A stretch of DNA of 38,322 nt from Octopus bimaculoides (Eukaryota), in NCBI RefSeq assembly GCF_001194135.2, contig NC_068985.1, positions 89,544,382 through 89,582,703 of the forward strand. The letters run 5' to 3'. Position numbers and translations under genes: made by a program. Of this stretch, positions 23,849 through 35,305 are shown piece by piece. The stretch's first letter is position 1. The number at the start of each line of letters is the position of its first letter. Under the pieces are notes generated by a model. The model did no database searches. It had not been told where the DNA came from and saw only the letters and a list, made by a program, of their open reading frames with translations.

Positions 23849-24590
23849 TTCTCCCGTCGTGAAAGACAATTGGCGGTAGCAGTAGAATACAGCGCTAATC
23901 AAGTCCTACATTTTGTTTCATTTGAGGCCTGCTGGTGCCTTGCAAACATATTGGCAAATACCACAAGTTAGTAACTCTACTGCTTGTGGATCATATGCTA
24001 TGCGTTTTCTTGAGTGTAAGGCAAGACCTCCTTTACTCTGCCCTACAAAGGCACTATAGAGGGTCCAAGTCTCCATGTAGAGGAGAAGCTTTTATTCAGT
24101 ATGTCATCATGCTTGCACGAAGTTGGTCCCGATGTTGGAGTCGACATTGCACAAATATTTGAACTGAGGTGAAGGATGACTGGTGCCATGCCCTGCGTTC
24201 GGTTGTATTGTTTTCCAAAGAAGAAAATGGAATGTTGCATCGCTTCAGATTGTCTTTTAGTTTGTCTTTGATGCGTAAGAGTGGCCTTCCAAATGACCAT
24301 CCTGTTGGGAATTAGCCAAAGAGAAGTTGCTTTGAAATTCTGATATCATTCATACGTGAGAGATGAACTGATCATCACAGCTGAATTTTAATGGGGATGG
24401 CTTCTATACATGATATGTTGCATTTTAGTAGCACCTCGCTTTTATGAATATGGTCACTGGGTTTTATGTCTTATGAAAAGCGTCAATCTGATGTGATTTC
24501 GGTACAGAGCACGATAAAGCAGTGATGTCAAATCCACCGATTGTTGAATAGCAATCAAGATAACCTTAGCCAGATCCTTAATTTCAAGTG
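23849..24590 (-). mobile_element. Decayed RTE-clade (BovB-like) LINE, 3' end
   Basis: Minus frame: IKPSDHIHKSEVLLKCNISCIEAI.IKIQL**SVHLSRMNDIRISKQLLFG*FPTG.SFGRPLLRIKDKLKDNLKRCNI, followed by a C-terminal CxxCxxxC zinc-knuckle remnant (LTCGICQYVCKAPAGL); 3' end ..TTGTCTTTCACGACGGGAGAA runs into (TA)n. Confidence 0.92.
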
Positions 24591-25485
24591 CAATTCAAGT
24601 ATTAACAATCACCGCCTTATCCACCTATTTTAATTTCAATTAATGTTAAATTATTCTCAACGGATTTTTAAGGGTGAAACATATCCGTATCTCCTGTTTG
24701 TGCTTTAGCCATTAGCTAGCAACATAATATTTAAGTATTTTAAATCGCTTTGCACTGACCACCATCCAGCTCCTTTCTTGTGTCTATCTCATGAATCTGG
24801 TTCCTGTGTAGCCACAACATTTCTCGTCTTTTATTAAAACCTTCCTCTTTAACTGTAAATATTAGCACTTCTGTAGGTTGAACTATTAAGAAATCCAAGA
24901 GTAGAAGTAATTTGAAGATCGGATGCGTTTTGATTTTAATCTGATTAAATCTTGAAATATCTTTAATTAATTTAATTAAAGATGTGTACAAAATTTATTC
25001 TGATACCAATCTTAAGTGTCTTTCGATTAACCTTATAAGTATATATATGTGTGTATGTGTGTGTGTGTTTGTATAGCCCTGTTAGGTTTCCATTCGTTCG
25101 CTAAGATGATAACAATCAAAACAATTAATTTAACTGATGCACAGTTTCCAAGATAAACCTGTATTAATTCAACGACTTATCCCAGAGGGTATTTCTCAAA
25201 ACGTTGCCATTACTGGAAGTTTATGGAGTCCGCTGTCCCTGATCTATGATTAGATATTGATACACCATCAAGTTGTCATTTAAAGTGGAATAAAACTAAA
25301 CTCAGTCTTTTATTCTCTCATACAAAATACGAATTTTCGACATTGATTACAACATCCGTAATCGTTTTCTCTCTATTTATTGAACCTCTTCCTTTTTCCC
25401 TCTTTCTTCATTTTGTCACTCTGCTTCCTTTCTTTATTTCTTCTTCATGGCTTCCTCCCCCTCTCCGCCTCCTTCCCCTATTATT

Positions 25486-25608
25486 CTTCTTCTTCTTCTA
25501 CTAATTTTTCCTCTCCTCCTCCTCCTCATCATCATCATCATTCACGTCTTTCTTCTTCTTCTTCTTCTTCTTCTTCTTCTTCTTCTTCTTCTGCTTCTTC
25601 AACTTCTT

Positions 25609-25684
<76 letters not shown>
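25486..25684. repeat. Compound trinucleotide microsatellite (CTT)/(CCT)/(CAT)/(CTT)/(CTA)
   Basis: Directly visible; followed by (CT)n/(ATCT)n at ~25770-25830. Confidence 0.96.
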
Positions 25685-25685
<1 letters not shown>

Positions 25686-25795
25686 TTCTTTTTCACCTTC
25701 TTTTTGCTTTCAGCTTTCAGTCACATTTCTTACACACATTCTGTGTGTCTTTCTTTAGTTCTCTCCCTCTTTCTCTCTCTCTCTCTCTCACTCTA

Positions 25796-25830
<35 letters not shown>

Positions 25831-26874
25831 TTATCTCTGTAAGTCTTTCTTTATATCTTTCTGTATTTCCCTCTTTCCTTTCTTTTCGCTCCCTTGTTTT
25901 CTCCATTTATGTAATTCTTTCTCACAGTCTTATCCCCTCTTTCTTTCATTTCTACTTTCGTTTTTATTTTTCATTCCTCTTTTCTCCACAACACACAACC
26001 CAATTCCTCAATCTCTATCTCTCCCGCTCAGTGTAATCTTCCCAGCTTTCGCAAATCTACTGTCGTCATCTTCATAAAAGCAAATAAGATTACGGGATTT
26101 TTATCCAGTATGTACTTTGCGCTTATACGCATATCAACATGAAACCACTCGATACCGATTTTTCCCATCACTTCCACACGGTCTCAGTTTCCTGTGGGTG
26201 CTGCATTCGTCATGTCGTAGATAAAAATGACAAGGGTGAGAAAGAAAGACTCATAGACAGGTGTACAAACTGTGCGAAGAAATGAAAGAGAAACAAAACG
26301 AAAGTGGTTAAAAACCGTAAACAAGAAAAGAGGAGAAAATGTAGAAGTAAAGTCAAGTTCCACATTATACGGGGAGTAAATTTTGGAAGTTTGCTTTCAC
26401 CAACATGGGCTGTATTAGGAAAGAAGGCATTCATATAATAATTATAAATACAATGTTGTCAAATTTCTTGGTGACTATAGAAGGTAATTCAGATAATACA
26501 CATTTGAAATTAGAAATAATGATCAACTTAGAATAAAATTGTATAAACAAATTTCTGTTGAGTGAATTCTCTCATAAAATCTCTGTCATGTATTTCCTTT
26601 ATTGCTACCATCACCGTCTTTTTCTTTCCATGATTCTTTCTCTCGTGTGTGTCTGTCTATAGCTTTCTTTCACTCATTGTCTGCCCCCAAACCTAGTATG
26701 TGCACTCAGCATATGCTTCATATACTGTCTTCTTATTTCTGAGTCTCTTTCTGTTGACCTTCTCTCTATAGTCTGGAGTGGAGAATCAACGAAAACCGTA
26801 CGCTACACTCAATCTGTAGTTTTGGAAAAGTAAAAAAAACAATTTGAAAAAGTTAAAGGCTATGTCTAGTATAT

Positions 26875-26937
26875 AAAGACGGACGAATTTCTACTAAGCG
26901 TTTTACAAGGCATGTTAACGATTCTGGCAGCGCGCCA
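26875..26937 (-). mobile_element. SINE family B, 5' fragment
   Basis: GACGGACGAA....CTAAGC.TTT....GGC.TGTTAACGATTCTG.CAGC.CGCC. Confidence 0.65.
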
Positions 26938-27149
26938 ATTTCCGAATTATGAATATTGCAACGAATGTGTAATAAACAATTAATCTGTGGACGAATGGAG
27001 AGAGTGAGAGAGTGAGAGAGAGCAGAATTTCTTACACGTGGATATTGTGCTAAGGATCTTCGTAAACAAATGTGCCCCTCCGTAAGAATTCACGAACATA
27101 CTATGGCATAAAACCCACAAACGTTTACTCAAAATTTGGCACAATGCCA

Positions 27150-27335
27150 TCGATTTCAGGGGGTAGTTCCAGTTGATTATCTGGAACCCAATGCTCAATT
27201 GACTCTTATTCTATCGCACCCGAAAGAATGAAAGGTAAAATTCTATCTCAGCAAAGTTTGAACTCAGAATGCAAAAACTGACGAAATGCCGATAAGCATT
27301 TCAACCGTCTTGCAAACGATTCAGTTCGCTACCTT
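27150..27335 (-). mobile_element. SINE family B
   Basis: CTTATTCTATCG.ACCCGAAAG.ATGAAAGG.AAA..TTTGAACTCAGAA..GACGAAATGCCG.TAAGCATTT..AACGATTC. Confidence 0.82.
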
Positions 27336-28531
27336 AAAACCCAGTAATATTAGAAATTGATATGAACTGGATAAAACAATTTGCATATTTAACATTTTCT
27401 TAGCTGCTAAATCGATCCCGAATTCATTGGTGTCGTAACATTGTTCTCGTTCTATTTAATGTTGTCGGTAGATATTGCATGTATAGTTCATTATTTCCAT
27501 TATTTCCATAATCCTATGTCAGGATTTCTTGTATTTATTTTCTATTTGTACTTACTCCGGGTAAGCCAAAGTCGAGCAATTCTACCATCCTAGTCATTAT
27601 TTTCAGTTTCAGTTGAAGTGGTTTATTATCAAAATGATAATTTGTTATTTTAGTGAGATTGGCTGTTATTTCTACAAAACTAGTGACCACGTTCCGTTCC
27701 CGTTTTTCGAAGTTACAATATATGGGATGATGTCATCGATATAATTATCTAAATTGCTCTTCAAAATTTGTCTTCATCAGTATTGAAAACATAATTTGTT
27801 TGAATTCAAAGTAAAATTATGCTCAGGGGTTCCATTTGCGATAACAGCTATAAAGCGCCAACGTCGAAGAGCGAATCAAATACGAAGATCAAATCAATGA
27901 TCACCAAAGACGCTGATTGAATATTGTTTCACAGAAACAATTTTCAAACTCTCCTTCGAAGTTCCGTTTGATAACTGTAATTAAATCTAACGCTAATTGT
28001 TCTATAAAATTTATATTTTGTTTTTCAGAAATAATCAATTAATTTTGAATATGAAACGATTTTAATTATTTCTGCGTAATGAAATACCAGAATTGTATTT
28101 AAAGCAGGCTCGTCCATTATTTACTATTATGAAATCGTCATTTGTTTATCAATTTGTTTTGTAACAAATTACTGGATCGTAACTTCTAAGTAGGCACGTG
28201 ATTATTTTAATCTTAGAGGTCGAATTCTTAAATGAAATGGTAGTTAATACCAGTCATAATAATTCCAGAGTTGACAAGTTAACTGTTAAATTATTTCCCA
28301 AGATAATCTAAATCTCTGAGTAGTGCTAACTGAAATGCAAGTTAAAACCTTCGAAATATTTTTCTTTAAATATTATTGAAATAGGAGATGAAATGTCATT
28401 ATAATTGCATGGTGATGATGGAAAATACATCTTTTTGTATGCTTCGATTTAGGTTCAAGGATTCATGCTCCACATGAAACCGAAATAAAATAAATTATTT
28501 CTTTATATACGTCAAAAACTAGAAATAAACA

Positions 28532-28692
28532 CAGCTGGATTTGTTAAGGAATTCACAATGCAATCACAGGGTTTCGGCTTCGGTTTTACTGCGCTGTATC
28601 TCAGACACTGTTTTCTACCCTGGCCTCGAGTTAAACAGGGCTTTGTGAGTGAATCTGTTAGACGGAAACTGAACTGTATGCAATCGTCTAGT
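28532..28692 (+). mobile_element. SINE family A, 5' half, degenerate
   Basis: CACAGGGTTTCGGCTTC...ACTGCG..TGT.TTCTAC...GCCTCGAG...CA..GC.TTGTGAGTG.AT.TG.TAGACGGAAACTGAA. Confidence 0.7.
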
Positions 28693-28708
28693 ATATACAA
28701 ACACACAT

Positions 28709-28742
<34 letters not shown>

Positions 28743-28770
28743 CACACACACACACACATGCATACATACA

Positions 28771-28806
<36 letters not shown>

Positions 28807-29602
28807 TATAATCATAAATATATAGGGATTGACAGTAACCTGCTTCTCCAACACACTGAGAATTCAGAAATAGCAGTCAAAGAACTACTGATTTCAAAAC
28901 TACAAATTATTACTCCAGATTGATAGCGATATTTTTGATACACACAGAACAAAAAACAGTAGAGAAGAGTAAAAACCACCTGCCTTTAGTTAATTTAGTA
29001 CGATCGTTTCACAGTTAAGAAATCTATCGTTTCACAGTTAAGAAATCTATCGGCCAGTGAGTTCAAAATATCTCGCCCTGTTAATTATTAATTGTATTAC
29101 TAATTGACGATTCCTTGACCTGCATGTCTATATTTTAATAATACCTCTAAGGTGAATAGTTAAACCGCAAGAAGTTCGTATGGGTCTCTTTTCTATGCGG
29201 GACTATTTATGATGCACACTGAATTGAATTCATTAGGGCGAGAGATTTTGAACTCACTGGCCGATAGATTTCTTAACGTCTCCCTCACGTGGTATTGATG
29301 TCGCATGGTCAAAATGAACCTGAGTTATTTAGACGTTAACAAATTTATTGGAATATTTAGCTGAAGATCAGAATAGAGTATTATTTACTCTTAACTGTGA
29401 AACGATCGTACTAAATTAACTAAAGGCAGGTGGTTTTTACTCTTCTCTACTGTTTTTTGTTCTGTGTGTATCAAAAATATCGCTATCAATCTGGAGTAAT
29501 AATTTGTAGTTTTGAAATCAGTAGTTCTTTGACTGCTATTTCTGAATTCTCAGTGTGTTGGAGAAGCAGGTTACTGTCAATCCCTATATATTTATGATTA
29601 TA
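28807..29602. repeat. 214-bp inverted repeat, identical by eye (arms 28807-29020 and 29389-29602)
   Basis: Base-by-base reverse-complement comparison found no mismatch; spacer 368 bp. Confidence 0.96.
29037..29277. repeat. Nested 43-bp inverted repeat (29037-29079 and 29235-29277)
   Basis: GTTAAGAAATCTATCGGCCAGTGAGTTCAAAATATCTCGCCCT versus its reverse complement, one mismatch. Confidence 0.95.
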
Positions 29603-29702
29603 AATGTTTTTTACCGAAAATATTTTTTCATACTGAGCTACCCGGCAAAATTGTTAATTATTAATGTTATTACTAATTGACGATTCCCTGCCCTGCATGT
29701 CT
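29080..29702 (+). repeat. 50-bp direct repeat (29080-29129 and 29653-29702)
   Basis: GTTAATTATTAAT..TATTACTAATTGACGATTCC.TG.CCTGCATGTCT, four mismatches. Confidence 0.92.
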
Positions 29703-29949
29703 GCATATATATATATATATGGTGGCGAGGGTGCGTTATGCACGTATCTGTGTGTGCATGCATGTGTGCAATATTTTTGTTTTTTGTGTTTGTCATTCCA
29801 CATCAAACATGTTGGTTTGGTTACCTTCCTGTAACTCAGCGGTTTCGACTTAATACGTGAAGTACAAGACTTGAGAAACTGAAAGAGAAAATGACGATGA
29901 AAGTGACATTGACTCATTTGACTTGTTCGAGTTAAACACTTATCAAAGA

Positions 29950-30047
29950 TAATTTAGTGAGAATTTGAACTCAGCGAGCAACAGGGGACGAAATGTCACG
30001 AAACTTTTTTGTCCGGCGTTGTAACAATTCCACCAAATCGCCGTTTT
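29950..30047 (-). mobile_element. SINE family B fragment
   Basis: GAATTTGAACTCAG..GGACGAAATG..TTTTGTCCGGCG....AAC.ATTC..CCA..TCGCC. Confidence 0.7.
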
Positions 30048-30194
30048 ATAGGCATTACATCCTATTCCTTCAGTTTCAAAGAAGTTCGTTTAAAGGAATG
30101 CGTTTCAGTAGTAACATGAAGTATAAAAGGATAAATGAATATTTACTGAAAAGGAATTATATGTACCACAGCACGTATTTTTATATATTTAATT

Positions 30195-30280
30195 TTTTAC
30201 TTGTTTCAACCATTGAACTGCAGCCACAATGGGCCACCCCTTTTAATGAATCGATAACACCTATCATATTTTAAGCGTGA
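30195..30280 (-). mobile_element. SINE family A, 3' tail fragment
   Basis: CTTGTTTCA..CATT.AACTGC.GCCA...TGGG.CACC..TT..AATCGA, degenerate match to 22627-22700. Confidence 0.55.
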
Positions 30281-30690
30281 CGAGGCATTCTGATCTTCAA
30301 CATTACATTTTCATCACGTGTTTTACAGTCCTGTTTTGCCAAACCTGTCTCTCTTTCTGTCTCTACCATTTTGTCCCTCTACCTCTACTTCCTCCTCTCT
30401 TTGTCTCTCTATAGTTATATATGTGTGTGTATGTTTGTGTGCGTATATGTCCGTCTTTATGTGTGTGTGTCTACGACGGTCCTGATTAGCGTCGTCAAAA
30501 TTCATTCAGAATGTATCGGTATCGACAGACAGTGAGCGAACTGAAAGTTTCTTGTTGCAAAGCGAAATTAATATGCAAAAAAAAAAAAAAGGCTGATATC
30601 GTAGTTAGAAACCGGGGAGATATTTGAAAGTAAATGTAAAAAAAATTGACATATTTCTTATTACAAACATAAAACTCTTATCTTTTTCAG

Positions 30691-30753
30691 CTGATATTTG
30701 GGATCGAAGACTTAGACAAATAATTTTTACAAGACGTCAGAGAGTGTGATTAG
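30691..30753 (+). other. Candidate 63-nt exon (splice-signal prediction only)
   Basis: Acceptor CTCTTATCTTTTTCAG| and donor TAG|GTGAGA are both consensus-like. All three frames contain a stop; the longest reads DIWDRRLRQIIFTRRQRV*, so it would be a non-coding or last coding exon. Confidence 0.25.
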
Positions 30754-30954
30754 GTGAGAAAGGTTGTTTTATTGAACACGAGACTCGACTTCTACAAAAA
30801 AGTGTATTCCGGTAGAACCGCATAAATTGGCTTTTCCTGGTGCTAAAATGAGTGAGAAATTAAGTCTACCACTCTAAGAAGAAGGAATCGGTATATGATA
30901 TTTAATGGTAACTTGTCTACTGGAATAGTTAAATAAAGGAAGCATTATATTTTT

Positions 30955-31168
30955 TTCCAGTTCTAGGCACAATGCCCCAGATTTTGGGGGAGGTGTCAGT
31001 CGATTAGATGTACACCAGTACGCGACTGTTATTTAATTTATCGACCCCGAATGGACGAAACGCAATGTCGACTTCCGCAGAATTTGAACTCAGAACACGA
31101 AGACAGACGAAATAAGGATAAGCATTTCGCCCGGCGTGCTAACGTCTCTGCCAGCTTGCTGCCTTAAA
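30955..31168 (-). mobile_element. SINE family B, near full length (best-preserved copy)
   Basis: Reverse complement: AAGGCAGCAAGCTGGCAGAGACGTTAGCACGCCGGGCGAAATGCTTA..TCTGAGTTCAAATTCTGC..GGGGTCGATAAATTAA..; A-box-like TGGCAGA and B-box-like GAGTTCAAATTC. Confidence 0.9.
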
Positions 31169-32686
31169 GGAGACATTATATTACATACAAACGGAAATCC
31201 CTAGAAGACTTGTGCATCTTTCTTTCGACGAAAGCAAAGCGAAGGTGCGTAATATTTATGTGTCGGTGATTCATTGTAGGTAATTAATTCAATGATTTGG
31301 TGCCACATACAATAGCCTGAAGATTACAGTTTAAAACAGCTTACTATTAGGCGTGCCTTACAAAGAAATTTACTATGTTGGTTATAACATATATTATTCT
31401 AAATCATGTGTTTAGTTACATTATGTTTTCGAGGTCTCCCTAAAGAGAGTTCCTTTTGTTGTACGTGTTACTTTTGGTATTACATCCTAGCTTTCGCAAC
31501 AAATATAATGGCGTTAGTGTTAATCTAACATTCTACATAAAATGAGGGGAGAGTAGTATTTGACGTTAATTGTTTCAAATATGATATGCTTCATACTGGT
31601 AAACAAGTATCAAAACGTAATGGATGTTCATACTGAGTATTTGAAAATATATGCCGTGGTAAAATTTAAGATTTTATTAATGTCTACAGAAATACTTTGC
31701 ATTTATATGAATACAAAGCTATGACTACTTACCTTATATTATCAATGGAAGAATTCCCTTCATAAAAATGAACACAATACATCTGAACTTAACAGTTTAA
31801 CATAATTTCCGTAAAGTCTTCAAGAAAATAATTTCAGCTAATTTTACGAGGCAGCAAACTGGAAATTTATGATAGCCGATTATACATTATTATTGAACAT
31901 ATTTCCGATAGAGCTATTCAAAACTAAATTATTTCGATCCTGAATCCTGATTTAGATGATCGAAATTGAAAACACTTTCGGAACCACTATATATAGATTT
32001 GTCTTCTATTCTCGCAACACACACACACACACGCACACACAGAGAGGCAACCACAGACACACAGACACACACACACATACACACACACACGCACACACAC
32101 AAACATACACACACACAAACATGCAAAAATATGTGTAGGTATATGCGTTGGTGAATGATATGAAAGTGAAATAACTGCCCCTGGTCACTTTTATGACTGA
32201 TCGAAATAGTAGTTTAGATATAACAAAGAATGTACAAACACGTTTTGCTTCTAAGTTTTTCTTTCCTAATTTTCTTTTCTTGACGCTGATAGATTTCTTT
32301 AAATGTCTTGATTTGCATGGTCGATATCACAGGAAAGAGTCGAATTCTGAGTCAGTCAAGCAAATATTCCAGAAATGGCTACATAAATTTTACACAATAT
32401 TGATATGGACTGCTTCATATTCTAAAACGGACGGAATGATTCCAAGAAACGAAAATTAAACGAAATTTATGAACAACGAACCAAAAATTCAATAAACTAT
32501 ATATATNNNNNNNNNNNNNNNNNNNNNNNNNNNNNNNNNNNNNNNNNNNNNNNNNNNNNNNNNNNNNNNNNNNNNNNNNNNNNNNNNNNNNNNNNNNNNN
32601 NNNNNNNNNNNNNNNNNNNNNNNNNNNNNNNNNNNNNNNNNNNNNNNNNNNNNNTATATATATATATATATATATATATACATACA

Positions 32687-32717
<31 letters not shown>

Positions 32718-33584
32718 GCATATGTGTGTGTTTGTGTGTGTGTGTGTGCCTGTGTGTTTGTGGGTGTATTCGCATGTGTGTATATAGATATATGTTTGTA
32801 TCATTCTATCGATTGAAGGCAAGGAAAATCATATCTTAAATAGTTCTATTTATAATCAATTATCCGTGTTAAATATATATTTACTGAGAATGATTCGAAG
32901 CCAGTGTTCATTGGACCAGTAGCAATAAATCTTTCAATTTTTTTAAACATAAATTGAGTTAGAAATACATAATGAAGAATTGGTGATTAAAAGTAGAAAA
33001 CTTCAAATTACAAAACGCAAAAAGAAACCTATGAAGAGACAGAACCCCGAGGATATATGATGAACAGTAATGACTTAGTGTGTATAGTAACTATAGAAAC
33101 GAAATAAGGAAGAGATTTACGTATACATTTAAACACACGCGCGTGCGCATGCTTAGACACATACAAGCAAACAAACACACAGACGCATATATATTCATTA
33201 TTTAAATATCATCGACCAATAGTTTCAAGTTCTGGAAAAACAATTCCGGCAGATCTATATATTGTGTCCTGTGTCTGCATGTGATCCTCCAGGCTTGAAT
33301 ACTGATATTTAAGTATACTGTGGGTTAAATAATCTTTACATCATACTGGCCGGGTTATATTTATGTTGTTCCTAGTCATAACTGCCAAGCTCTGCACTCG
33401 TCAGTTGCTTTGAATTGAATCATGTTTATATTGAGATGGACACCAATATTTTAGTATTGATATACCTAGGTGAAATAACATTAGCGACAACAGCAATAAA
33501 TATTTACACACACATACATGCACATACATACGTACATACATACATACATACACATACATACATACATACATACATATTAAATAC

Positions 33585-33639
<55 letters not shown>

Positions 33640-33644
33640 TGTTG

Positions 33645-33815
33645 TGGAGGCAAGGTGTTGCACTCACGATTTCTAAAGGGTGTGTTCCCAGACCGGTCGT
33701 TGCTTTATGTTCTTGAGCAAAGAACTTCATTTCATGTTGCTCTGAGACCATTTCGACATCTGACATGGATCCCCCGTTGCACCTGTACTTGTAATCTCGA
33801 TCTGATGGAGGATTT
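33645..33815 (+). mobile_element. SINE family D
   Basis: GGTGTTGCACTCACGA..TTCCCAGACC..TTCTTGAGCAAAG.ACTTCATTTCA.GTTGCTCTG..CATTTCGACATCTGAC, matching the reverse complement of 19650-19790. Confidence 0.85.
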
Positions 33816-34384
33816 ATATTAAGTAGTCTGAAGTACTTACAAGAATATTGGAAATTCTATTTAGGTCCTGTTTATTCGATATCATGCTTGATGGAATCTC
33901 TATGAAGATGGCTGCCTACAGTCCATATATGACATCATTCAATGTATCTATTTGATGTTACTACAATGTTGCTCTCTGTTACTTAACTGAATTAAAAGAT
34001 ATCACTTATGATATGAACCTGAAATATATTGAAGATAATCGACGTGAGGATGTAGTGGCGGGGGGATTCGTACGACAATGTTCAACCGCTTCTTCATTGC
34101 CCCTTGCACCAGAGCGCCTTTGCTTCGATGACCTAAAGTTAATCTTTAAAAAGAACTGATTTTTATAAAATGCGGAAAAGGAAACTTTCGTTTCTTTTAC
34201 ATCAAATCTAATCATCTCAAAGGTTATTTTATTTACAAATGGTTTCAAGTTGTCAATCCTTTCCTCTGGTTGTCAAACAAATTACATATACATTCCCGTA
34301 TGTGTCTTCTTGAGTGTATGTAACTTTAAATGTGCGTGCGTTTACATATATATATATATATGTGTGTGTATATACAGACACACT

Positions 34385-34545
34385 CTCTCTGTTTATTTTC
34401 TCTTATTCCTGTATGTTGAAGAACGTAGGCTCGAAACGCAAAAGACTTTATCAGTTTCACGCGCGTCAAAATATTACATTTGTTTGTTGCTCACACAACT
34501 GTCTTCACTTTATGTTTTTCTGTAAATTCCAACTCTTATATATAT
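34385..34545 (+). repeat. Second copy of the ~150-bp interspersed repeat (see 4632-4772)
   Basis: Pairwise similarity to 4632-4772. Confidence 0.75.
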
Positions 34546-35215
34546 ATTAATCGTAATTAATACGGCACGGGACCTGTAGCTGAGATCTCGATCAATGCCT
34601 GTAACCCGTGTTACGACGAGTAACGCAAGATTTATGTAATATAATCCACTTCATTCGATATTTCGAAACATTATTTTAAACAGAAGCTTTATCTCATACA
34701 AACTATTTGCCTAGGTACCAGTAGAACACCCGCCAAATGACAAGGAATGGATGTAGAGAGAAAATTATGGTTGGAGAAAGGGAACGGAAAATATATACGT
34801 ATACATGTAACATCGTCTGTTTGTTTGTGTGTGTGTGTGTATATACGTGTTTGTGTTTGAGTGTGTGTGTGAATGTTTGTGTGTGTAGTATATTTATACA
34901 TCATTATCTTTCCAATGTTACATGCCTATTTCATATTCAGTACCATTTAAGCCATAACACTTCCCCATAATGTCTTCTAAGTTGACAGAAGACAGCGATA
35001 TATTAAAGCAAATATATTCTCGTTAATCGCACAACTAGAAATTTTATACACTTCATAATGCAAATCATATAACAAATTCTTCCAATGAAAATATTCACTG
35101 CTAGAAAACTTTTCACACAGTTGTGCAGTATTTTGATATAATTTTAGAACTGTGTTCAGATATAAACAGAGTATTTATCTATACTATATTTCTCTTTTTT
35201 CACAACTATTCCTTT

Positions 35216-35219
35216 TTTA

Positions 35220-35269
<50 letters not shown>

Positions 35270-35305
35270 GTTGTTGTTGTTGTTATTGTTGTTCTTGTTG
35301 TTACC
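35216..35305. repeat. (ATT)n/(GTT)n microsatellite
   Basis: Directly visible; same ATT-to-GTT order as 643-706. Confidence 0.95.

Noticed and set aside
25380-26036. 218-aa ORF with poly-Ser/Thr/His/Pro runs, plus overlapping poly-Leu ORFs
   Set aside because: Translation of compound microsatellites; no domain or codon evidence.
30976-30995. CCCAGATTTTGGGGAGG similar to the fold-back TIR at ~1822
   Set aside because: It lies within the SINE-B 3' end and the match does not extend; treated as coincidence.
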